Positions 49,319 to 64,000 of a DNA stretch of 64,000 nucleotides are shown here, piece after piece. Every line of letters starts with the position of its first letter. The stretch's first letter is position 1. This DNA is from the human T2T-CHM13v2.0 reference genome, Homo sapiens: the NCBI RefSeq assembly GCF_009914755.1, contig NC_060927.1. One strand, 5' to 3'. The notes under the pieces were generated by a model that was not told where the DNA came from, ran no database searches, and saw nothing but the letters and a program-made list of their open reading frames with translations. Position numbers and translations under genes: made by a program.

Positions 49319-50370
49319 AAAAACTGCACCTCCATCTTTCCCCCTCCACAGTCAGCAGGTGGACCTGTCATAATTACCCTAAAGTTAGCATTCCCAGAGA
49401 AAGTTAGTGACAGAGGCCACTGCCTACGGCCATTTCAGCTGAGCTGCAGTCTGATTATGGAAGTAGGCTAAACAGATGTGTTTGGGGCTTTAGTTTCCTT
49501 TGACTCAGGGTTCCTTTTCTCAGCCCAGTGTGTTGTCAGCTACTGCCTATGGAAACTCCTCCTTGTCACACAGATTGGCCGACAGAAAAGCAACTTATCC
49601 CACCTATCAGCTGCAGGCAGGAAGGTAAGACCCTGCCCTGTAGATAATTGCCCACACAAACTTGGGTTGAAGTTCATGAAAACTTACATTTTATGTAAAT
49701 AATAACTTTTTATTATGTTCCAGTCACCCTAAATATCTATTTTGTCATCTGCTGCTTTAATTCTCACAATCCTGTAAGGAAGGTAGTATCAGGCATGGAT
49801 CAGAATAAGGAAGGTAACGTTTGGGGAGGTTAAGAAATGTACCCACGGTCACCCAGCCAGTAGGTAAGAGAGCCAGGTCCTTTTTATTTAAAATTCTTTT
49901 CACCCAACAAGGCTGCCTGTCATGAAGACACTCCCTCCTCCTCCTTAGCTCTCTGATATTCTCGTTTGGCAGGTGTCACAAGTGACAGTGCATGAACACT
50001 TGTTGATTGTCCAGATTTGAGCTAATGGATGTGCTGCCCAGACAGGTTCGTAGGTTCCCCTTAAACAGGTTTTCACAAGCTTCAAACTACAGAGTGAGAG
50101 GAAATAGGCAAGAGGGACTCCACCCAATAGCCAGACAGTGGTTTCTACAGGCATCATCCTAATCTTTTTGTCCGGTAATCTTGGGCAAGAGGCATTTTCT
50201 AGGCTTTCATGTGATGAGGAAATTAAAACTTCTCTTTCTGATGATGTCTTTAGTATAATAATAAATAAATATTTTGTCTTTGTCTCCAGTTTCTGGCACA
50301 CAGCAACTAAAACCCTTGGAATGTTCTGAATAACAGGAGTGTATTTTGTTATTCAAAATGAGCCCCTCTC

Positions 50371-50667
50371 AGCCAGGTGTGGTGGCTTACGCCTGTAATC
50401 CTAGCACTTTGGGAGGTCGAGGCACGCGGATCACCCGAGGTCAGGAGTTTGAGATCAGCCTAGCCAACAAGGTGAAACCCCGTCTCTACTAAAAATTCCA
50501 AAAATTAGCCAGGCGTAGTGGCAGGTGCCTGTAATCCCAGCTACTCAGGCAGCTGAGACAGGAGAATCACATGAACCTGGGAAGCGGAAGTTGTAGTGAG
50601 CCGAGATTGTGCCATTGTACTCCAGGCTGGGCAACAAGAGTGAAACTCCGTCTCAAAAAAAAAAAAA
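50371..50667 (+). mobile_element. AluSq-like
   Basis: TSD TCAAAATGAGCCCCT(C/T)TCA. Confidence 0.93.
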
Positions 50668-51071
50668 TCAAAATGAGCCCCTTTCAACCATATTCGAGTT
50701 CATGCTAATGAGATGACCTTCAGGATGGGGGCTGGTGGTCAGAGGAATCAGCCATATCTTTAGATCATTGGAACTTTCAGTTTCACCCCCTGACCTCTAG
50801 GGAAAGGAAAGGGGCTAGAGACTGAGTTCCACCACCAATGGCCAATGATTTAATCAGTTATGCCTGTGTAGTGGAAGCTCCATAAAAACCCCTAAATGAT
50901 GGTATTCGCAGAGCTTCAGAGTTGACAAACACAACCATTTACCAGGAGGGTATGGTACTCTCCCTCCATGGGGACAAAAGCTCCGGTGCTAGAGTCTTCC
51001 AGACCTCAACCTATGCAGTGCTTCATCTGGTTATTCATTTGTGTCCTTTATAATAAGCCAGTAATAGTAAG

Positions 51072-51514
51072 TGCTATGGTTCGGATGTGGTTTGGATGTG
51101 GTTTGTCCCCACCAAACTCACATCGAAATTTGACCCCCAGTACGGCTGTGTTGGGAGGTGGAATCTAGTGGTAGGGGTCTGGTGCAGGGGCGCAGATCCA
51201 TTACGAATAGATGAATGCCCTCTCAGAGGGGTGAGTTCTCTCTCTCATTAGTTCCCACAAGAGCGGTTGTTAAAAAAGAATCTAGCTTCCTCAGTTTCTC
51301 TTTCTTGCTTCCTCTCTTGCCATGATCTTTTTTCCCATGCCCACTTCCCTTCTGCTTTCCATCACCAGTCAAAGCAGCATGAAGCCCTCCCCAAATGTGG
51401 CTGCCAACTTTGGACTTTCTAGTCACCAGAATCATGAGCCAAATAAACCTCTTTTCTTTATAAATTACCCAACTTCAGATACCCTACTATAGCAATATGA
51501 AATGGACTAAGACA
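51072..51514 (+). mobile_element. MSTB-type solo LTR (MaLR)
   Basis: TGCTATGGTT..GGACTAAGACA; aataaacctcttttctttataaattaccca. Confidence 0.88.
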
Positions 51515-51969
51515 ATGAGTAAAGTGTTTTCCAAAATTCTAACAAATCATTGAACCTGAAAGGGTGGGGGTATGGGAACCTCCCAACTTAATAGCCAAAT
51601 CTGACAGAAGTGTGGGTAACCTGGGAACCCCTATTTGTGTCTGGCATCTGCAGGAGGACAGTCTTGTAGGACTGAGCCCTTAAACCTGTGGAGACTGACA
51701 CTAACTCTGAGTAGTTAATGTCAGATTGAATTAAATTATAGGACACCCATTTGGTGTCCAGAGAGCTGGAGAACTGGTTGGTGTCAGGAAGAGAAAAACT
51801 CCACACATTTAATGTCAGAAGTATTGTGAATAAAAAACAGCTCAAAATCTGAGAGGTGTAAGACAATAAGAGCATACAGAGGTCAGTATCTGGGAATACC
51901 AGCCTGTCTAGGCAGCCTATTTACTGCTCAGTGTAAAGACTCAAGCGAGGGTAGCACAGGAGAAAGCCA

Positions 51970-52480
51970 ACATATTTAAAGACAAAGCAGTTGGGTTCAA
52001 ATCCTGGTTCTGCCACTTATTAATTTTATTCTACAAGTCACTACCATATCTAAAAAATAAGAATACTAATGCCTACCTCACAAAACTGTTATGAGAATGA
52101 AATGGGATAATAGTTGTAAAAGAGTTATTCAAATATAAGTTGTTATTATTATGGGGGAAATTAGACTTCAGGCTGATTAATAACCTCTCAGTGATAGCCA
52201 GACATGTTTTGCCCCTCCATATAAGTCAGATCTCACCTCCCTGACCACACAGTCTAAAATAGCTACCCAGTCAGTCTCTAGCACATCATCCTATTTTAGG
52301 TCTCTATGAGCCTTTATCTCTATCTGATTTTTTCTGGTTTGTTTATGTTTTTGCAATCTGTTAGAATGTAAGCTTCAAAAGAGCAGAACAGCTTCAGTTT
52401 GTCTGTTCAAACTATGCGTCAGGGATTGCTGAATCCCTAGCACATAGCAGGCCCACAAATATTTTTTGAGTGAATGAATG
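51970..52480 (+). mobile_element. MIR (~51970-52150) and L2 3' end (~52220-52480)
   Basis: gggttcaaatcctggttctgccactta; ..aaatattttttgagtgaatgaatg. Confidence 0.7.
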
Positions 52481-53516
52481 GCTCAAATTTTATTGTAAGG
52501 ATTCTAGTCTAAGGAAGAATATAAGAATATTAATAGACTAGTAAACAGAAAGGCCAAAAATGACAATCATAGAGTGCTGGCACCTGATAAATGTTTAGCA
52601 AACATCTAGTCGAACTCATCATTTTTTAGAGAAGAAAGCTGAAATCTTAAGATAATTCTCAAACAAGGACATACAGAGAGAAATCACAGGAAAAGCAATG
52701 ATCTCCTTCCAAAATCACACTTCCACTCTTTGACCAATGAAGAATATATTTTGGCAATACATTTTATCCCCCAGTATTATTATTTCCCTTTATCCCTGGG
52801 TATCATTTGCCACTAACTACAGGATTTTAGAAAATGAAAAATCTATTATGAACTAAGAGAGGAAAAGATCAGAGATGATCTGATCATGGACCCCTTCTAC
52901 AACATCTATAACAAATGCTTTCCTGGGTCCCACACCTCCAATAAAGCAAACTCTACTTCCTGGGGAAGGCTGCTCCATTTTCAGGTAATCCTACTAATAA
53001 TTACACTATGTGCCAGACACTGGGTTGAAGCCCAGATGTAGGACTCTAAGTTCCCTCCTCATCACCCCACACCAATGCACACAAACACGTCTCTCTCAAC
53101 CAGAACAACTCTGTGTCTATCTATTTTATATATTAATCTTCCATTGAAAGTTTGTGCCTAAACAAGGGCCTGTGTAGATGAAATCATTTTGGAAATCACC
53201 ATATAACCAAATCCCCTGTTGAGCTAGTCTGGAATCTTTTCCATATACAGGAAGTTTATAAAAGAAGTGAATGGAAAGCATGTTATACAGCAATGGTTCC
53301 CACCCTTCTTAGTATGAGGAGCCCTTCCTTAACATTGCTGGTGAGAGATAAATGATTAAAACTAGTTTTGAAAGAAATTTGGCATTATAGTAACTTTCAA
53401 GATATGCATACTGCTTGCTAGGCCTGGCTTGCTAGGCCATATCATTTATGAAATGATACGGATATATCTTAGGAATATAATAATCAGAAGAATGAGAACA
53501 CAAAATAATATAGTCA

Positions 53517-53991
53517 AATATTTGCTATTGTAAATAGTGCTGCAATAAACATGCCTATCAATGATAGAGTGGATAAAGAAAATGTGGCACATATACACCA
53601 TGGAATACTATGCAGCCATAAAAAAGAATAAGACCATGTCCTTGGCAGGGACATGGATAAAGCTGGAAGCCATCATTCTGAGCAAACTAACACAGGAACA
53701 GAAAACCAAACACCACATTTTCTCCCTCATAAGTGGGAGTTGAACAATGAGAACACATGCACACAGGGAGGGGAACAACACAACACACGTTGGGGCCTGT
53801 TGCAGGGTGGGGAGCAAGGGGAGGGAGAGCATTAGGACAAATACCTAATACGTGCAGGGCTTAAAACCTAGATGACAGGTTGATAGGTGCAGCAAACCAC
53901 TATGGCACACGTATATCTACATAAGAAACCTGCATGTTCTTCACATGTATCCCAGAACTTAAAGTAAAATAACAAAGAATTTTAAAATAAT
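53517..53991 (+). mobile_element. L1PA7/8 3' end with a 5' inversion
   Basis: Inverted segment 53521-53553 then sense ORF2 end and 3' UTR; TSD AATAATATA(G/A)TCA at 53504-53516 and 53992-54004. Confidence 0.9.
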
Positions 53992-54516
53992 AATAATATA
54001 ATCAGTGTGATTTTGATCCTGTAAACTTCAAAAATATTGTTATGGGATACATAAATAGTTAGAAAAAAATAATATGTTTAAAAGGCAAGGAAATAATTAT
54101 TTAAAAAGTCATATGAGAGATTATCTCTGGGTGGGGAGAGAGCAGCAGAGATGGGCTTTAGTTAGAGAGGGCTCCAGGGGAACCTCTGGAATGCTAGCAG
54201 TGTTCTGTCTTCTGACTTAGACAATGACCACACAGGTTTCACTTTATTATTAAATCGGTTGCATATAATTTTTGCACATTTTTGTGGCACTTCAAAAAAA
54301 ATGCCACATACTCTCAAATGATTGAGATCCACTTTTACTTATGGAGATCACATCAATGCTTGTTGGTCATATGAGTCCTTGGACCCATAGCAATAACTCT
54401 TAAGACATCAAGAGTTGCGGCCCACAGCTTTGCAACCGCTGGTATAGGAAAAAGCAAAAATCAGTGGCTGGGATTTAATCTAAACTCCGCTGCTATTAAA
54501 TAATCCCTTTCCCCTG

Positions 54517-55175
<659 letters not shown>

Positions 55176-56341
55176 CCCTGTCTGGGCCTGTTTGTCCATC
55201 TGTAACAGAGAGGGTTGAATTAAATGATCTCTTGAGTCCCTCTCTGCAGGTATTTCTCTACAGAACTACCTGTAATTCTTGTAGCAATAGGAACCTTCTG
55301 AACATGACACATGTGACAGCTTGCAACCCCCTTACAGATGCACGTCTAAGGTCATAACTCTCGTCCGTTGAGATGCCTGCCTTCACTTCAAAGCTGTCCA
55401 TGTAGTTTTCACTCAGGATTCAATATTCCTTTAAGGAAAAATACAAATGGTTTCTGTTGCACCATTTGTGCAAATTGGTGCATGTTGTGCAGACTACCTG
55501 CTTAAGAACTGTCAGAGCGTCCTCTGGGAGAAGGAGCATGTCACATGCGAGAACCCCCATGCTTGGCCCCAGGAATGGGAGCTAGCCTGCCACCCTGTGA
55601 CTCTGGCTACTGTGCCATATTGATCAACTGAGCATCAGAATTATCCAGTGTGCGAAGACTATTGGATTCATTTCTATGACTGTATTTAGATTCAAGCACA
55701 GCCTTGTGGAAGGTTTCTTGAAATTCTTAAGATGGCACCATCAAGCCATGATGCATGGCTCAGGTTTTGACTGACAGAAAAGGGGCCCTGGATATGCTAG
55801 AGAATTTCAAGCCAATGGACAGAAGTGGAAATGGTGACATTAGAATATGTAAAGGGGAAATGAATGATTTGATAAGAATGGAAAATTGTTTGGGAGAATA
55901 GTGGGGCATAAGGAAGACCATAATTTCTACCTTTTTCAAATACCCTGGGATGCCATACCCAGCTGATGAAGGGAAATTCGAGACATTAAATGCTGGGCAA
56001 GACAATTACAATGTTATCTCAGGGGGATTTTTTAATGCTCTTATTACTACAGAAGCAATGCATGCACATTTTACTAATCAGAAAATAAAAATACAAATAA
56101 AAACTTTATATTACCACACCCAGAGATCACCACAATTAACAACTCATTGCATATACTTTTTCTTCTACCAGAATGAAACCATACCATACACATTATTTTA
56201 CAATCTGCTTTTTTATTCAATGGTCTCCATTTTTCCAGGTCAGTGAGCTTTTAGCTCTTCTAATACCCAAACCATATTCAAATATCACCAATGGACCTAC
56301 CGATGTCCTCTATAACTGGCTTTTAAAAATTGATTTGGCAG

Positions 56342-56671
<330 letters not shown>

Positions 56672-57689
56672 TTAATTAGTGTGTTCAACTTATAATTATC
56701 CATTAAGTTGTACATAAATATTTTATGTACTTTTATATAGGCATACCATATAATATTAATATATACACTATATAAAATATATAACAAGAACATATTTCAC
56801 AACAAAAGAAAGGGGCAAAATATCAGACATCTCATATAATTATCATTGAACTTTTGCCATTTGTTTTAATCCAGCTCCTTCCCTTTTTCATGATGATGAT
56901 TTATGGAAGGGCCACTCGTCATTGTGCAAGAGTGCCAAAATGCTAATAACGACACCTCTCACCAATTTCACGTTACACAAAAACAAGAGACAAGTGACCT
57001 AATCTCCAGCTGCTTTCTTTTCATGATTTGTTTATTCATTTGTTTTTTTAGGAATAATTACATTTATCCCACAGAGGAATGATAACAGTAGCCAAATTTT
57101 TTGTTTATAAGGAGCCTTATTTTTGTTTTGTTACTTTGCATTCTAATAAAAATTTAGTTATAATTTTACACCAATTTAAGTTTGGCTCTAAACCAAACGA
57201 GATTTCCTTAGCACAGTGCTTTGAAATCTTTTTCATATAATAGCACCCATAGAAAAAGTTGCTCAGTGCTGATTAGGTAAATGCATAAGTCTGTTTGAAG
57301 TGGGAAGGGACCCATATCTTAAGATTCCTATAAGCATTCCAGGGCCACCCATGGCACCCCAGTTGGGTTGTTCTTCCTTATCCTGCATTTGTAGCAACAA
57401 AATACCTTTCCCTTCTCTCATTTTCCTCAGTTTAATCAGTGTCAAATTGGGCAAAGTTGCACCTAAAATGAATATGTCCTATAACTACTCACCATTCCTA
57501 GGGAAGCTTGCCCTATGCTTTCTCACCCCTATGCCTTTGTCCAAGTGGGTTTTTTTTTCGGTTTTTGTTTGTTTTTGCTTTTATTTTTGTTTCTCAAATC
57601 CTGTCTCAACCTCATTACTTTTTCTCCTAGGGAAAAAAAATTCTAGCAATCTTTAAAAGTACTACTCAAATGTAACTTTGTGAAACCTC

Positions 57690-58620
57690 CTCAGTCAGAA
57701 CTAGGTACAGGTTCAAAACCAAACTCATTATCTGCACCTTCCTCTGTATCTGAATCACCATCATCACCACAATTACACATCCACTGGTATGATTCAGAAA
57801 TCTAGACATTCCCTTTAATATTCTCCCCACGTTCCCTGAACAGCTGAGGAGTCCAAGGTCTATTGATTGTCTTCTAGATATTTCTCAAATTAGTTTCCTT
57901 TGCTCCATCCATAATACTACCGCCTTATTGGTTCAACCTGTATTCTCACTGGAATCACTGCAAGAGCCAATGGGTTCAGTTCCACCTCTCTCTGAGGTTG
58001 TCCACACTGCCGCAGAGTGATCTTCCTAAAACAAACATCTGAATTCACTTACCTACTAGAGTCACCAGCTGTCCTGGTTTGCCTGAGGGGTTTCTCAGGA
58101 TGTTGTGATTTCATTGCTAATGTCCAGGAACTTCAGGCAAACCAGAATGGTTAGGCACATACTTAAAATCTTTACATCTCTTTAGAACAGCACATAAAGT
58201 TCTTCCTAATCTTCCCTACAATATCTTTTCAGCCTCAACTCTCTGTTCTCCTCATCCCACCCCACCACACGCTCATATACACCCTGCACTCCAGCTTTGC
58301 CAAGGTACATTCAGTTCCCCGAATGGAATGTGCTTTGTCCCTTTACATCTCAGTACCTTTGTACATTGTCTCCTTTGCCTTATCTGGACTTGCTGTTAAA
58401 CTTCTATTCATCCATCAAGATTCCTTTCAGTTAGCACTTTTCAATGAAGCCGTCCAGGAGTGGGTCGTGGCTTCTCCTATGTTCTCACAGCACCTTGCAT
58501 ATACTGGTGTAAAAGCACTAGCCCGTTGAACTCTGTCCCCACCAGATATTGAGACATAGAACTTTTCTTTGTGTACCAATACCTAGCACAGGGACTTGTA
58601 CACAATAAGGGCTCAATAAG
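57690..58620 (+). mobile_element. L2 3' portion with a nested hAT-Blackjack (MER94-like) MITE at ~58057-58160
   Basis: L2 motifs cagagtgatcttcctaaaacaaacatctga..ctcaataag; MITE gtcaccagctgtcctggtttgcc..ggcaaaccagaatgg. Confidence 0.65.
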
Positions 58621-58621
58621 T

Positions 58622-58797
58622 GAGGGAGGGAGGGAGGGAGGGAGGGAGGAAGGAAGGAAGGAAGGAAGGAAGGAAGGAAGGAAGGGAGGAAGAGAGGGAG
58701 GGAGGAGGGAGGGAGGGAGGAGCGAAGGAGGAGGTAGGGAGGGAAGGGAAAGGAAGGAAGGAAGGAGGGAAGGAGGGAAGGAGGGAAGGGAAGGAAA
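58622..58797 (+). repeat. Polypurine (GGGA)6(GGAA)9 plus mixed tract
   Basis: Direct reading; (GGGA)6 at 58624-58647 and (GGAA)9 at 58648-58683. Confidence 0.95.
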
Positions 58798-59859
58798 ATG
58801 TTGATAGAATTCACCTGGATCACTTTGTCTTCTGTGTAACGTTGGTGGTTGAGTTAGCTAAATTAAATATACGCTTCTCTCACTAGAATGTGAGCTCCTT
58901 GAGGCAGAAACAGAGCTGCATCTACTTTGTATCTCAACAGCATCCAGGCTGCAGGGACTCATGATATTTGTTCAATTGACATGGTTTGGCTATTGTCTAA
59001 GGCTGAGAAAAGATGGATGACATGAAGGTCTTTGCTGGGGGATATGTCAAGAGGGGTTGCATGGATGTACAAGTGTGTGTGGTCCAAATGTGTTCAGTGC
59101 TACTCCTTACTGGGTGTGACTGCCATGTATTTACCTTTACAGCAGTTACTGTTTCTCTTGGGGGAAACCTCCTTATTGGTAAGTGAAAAGTCAAGAGTGT
59201 AAAAAGCTGGAGTCTCCCACATAAACTAAGCCCTGAAAACAGTTGAAACAGCTTTACCCACTAGGTAATGAGTTATCTGGCCATTATGAGAAAATAATTC
59301 CTTGCTCAATGATCATATAGCCCCTATTTCCAATCCATAATAAATATTTATACTGATGTGCCTAAAGGTGAGACTACCAACCATATGCATGAGAATCACA
59401 TGGGCACTTTTTAAAAGCAGATTCCAGAGTCATCACCCCAAATTTCTGAGGGTCAGGCCAGAGGACCAGGGCATTGCCAGCTCAGCGTCTCAGCTGATTC
59501 TTATCACAATGGCATTTAGGAAGTGCTGACTGATACAGAAAAGGAGACTACTATTCATACAGATAATGCTTCTTCTTTCAAATAGCTAATGTAAAAATTA
59601 AATGTTTTCTGTAAAGTGCTTACATAATGCCTGACAAGTGGCACCTGTTTGGTACTTATTAGGCAATGCTATTCCTATACTTTGAGCTCCCTGGTGAGAA
59701 CATGTCTTTTTCCTCTTTCTATTCACTGTGGCATTTTAGCATCTAGTATGCAAACTTACAGATAATAGGCCCCCAACAAACTGAATTACACCAAACTTTG
59801 ATTGATTTTGAATAAGGCTGAAGGGAAAGCTAAAAACAAGATTGCCATTTTTATGTATT

Positions 59860-60430
59860 AAATTGGTCAAGATTTTTGGCAAGTGCTGAAAGCTGACCAG
59901 AGGGCAGTTACAAGGGCATTCTTGTACAAAATTGATAGAATCATTCATAAAGTGGCACAGACTTTCTGGAAAGCAGTTCTGCCCATTTACCATCAAGAGT
60001 CTTAAAAATGTTCATAATTTTTGATGCAGTAATGCAATTATTATTTCTAGGAGTCTATCTTAAGGAAATAATCTGAAATGAAAATTCTGTAGATATTTTT
60101 ATACAAAAGGGTAAATCATAAGCATGTATCAGAACAAACTCAACTATCTGACACCAGGGGAGTAGTTAAGTAAATCATGACAGCTTCTTAAAATGGAATA
60201 GTATTCAATCAACAAATTAATGTTAATAATAAATTTTAATGGCATAAGGAAATACTGTGTCAAGATGAACAAAGGCATTTATAGTTTGAGTCCAATAATG
60301 TAGAAAAAAAGTGTGTAAGAAAAAACTTGAAGAAAATATTCCAAATGTTAACAATGATAGAACTATGAGTAATGTTTATTTCCTGATACTTTTCTGTGTT
60401 TTCAAAACTTTATAAATAAAAATAAAGAAA
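59860..60430 (+). mobile_element. L1ME/L1MC5-like 3' fragment
   Basis: ctttctggaaagcagtt..aaaatgttcata..tttctaggagtctatcttaaggaaataatc. Confidence 0.6.
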
Positions 60431-60472
60431 TATTTTTAAATAAGGTAAAAAAGAAAAGTATTTTTTGGCATC

Positions 60473-60570
60473 TCCCAGCACTTTGAGAGGCCAAGAGGGA
60501 AGATTGCTTGAGGCCAAGAGTTCAAGAGCAGCCTGGGCTAAATAGCAAGACCTCATCTCTAAAATATATA
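60473..60570 (+). mobile_element. FLAM/AluJ left-monomer fragment
   Basis: tcccagcactttgagaggcc..gattgcttgaggccaagagttcaag..gacctcatctctaaaa. Confidence 0.8.
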
Positions 60571-60595
60571 CATTTTTAAGTAAATAAATAAATAA

Positions 60596-64000
<3,405 letters not shown>

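Larger units (their letters stand above)
50249..51840 (+). mobile_element. MER21C-like LTR hosting an Alu and an MST LTR
   Basis: ctggcacacagcaactaaaacccttggaat..ccaatggccaatgatttaatca..gactgagcccttaaacctgtgg..ggacacccatttggtgtcc. Confidence 0.82.

Noticed and set aside
58518-58886. G/R/E/K-rich and P/S/L/F-rich ORFs
   Set aside because: Translations of the GGAA/GGGA microsatellite.

Overview
Human (or great-ape) genomic DNA lying entirely inside the minus-strand gene ATP13A4 (P5B-type ATPase, 3q29 in human). Seven coding exons (2-8) can be read directly with GT-AG sites and matching phases: 42048-42221, 29843-29989, 20440-20510, 20267-20347, 18679-18748, 17080-17214 and 11286-11355. They splice into one open frame (EIFGYRTQG...KPDLK-VRCIK...LIKE-VLNPFYIFQLFS...DLRE-QSVKL...GRK). 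Exon 1 and exon 9 fall outside the window. Much of the rest is interspersed repeat (Alu, L1, L2, MIR, MaLR/ERV LTRs, Tigger and hAT DNA transposons), and nearly all other ORF-track entries are Alu-, L1-, L2- or microsatellite-derived artefacts. I find no evidence for a new multi-gene system. The most unusual structures are: an L1-mobilised orphan cDNA polyadenylated inside an MLT1A LTR with a perfect 15-bp target-site duplication (TSD); a probable ~660-bp L1PB 3' transduction carrying a strong sense splice donor; a compound 102-bp/24-bp tandem duplication with three hypoxia-element cores; a forward-inverted-forward template-switch scar; a twin-primed L1; a tail-less Alu patch at an L1 deletion; and a CpG-retaining, motif-dense element in intron 2. 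Repeat subfamily names come from recalled consensus sequences and boundaries of old repeats are approximate.
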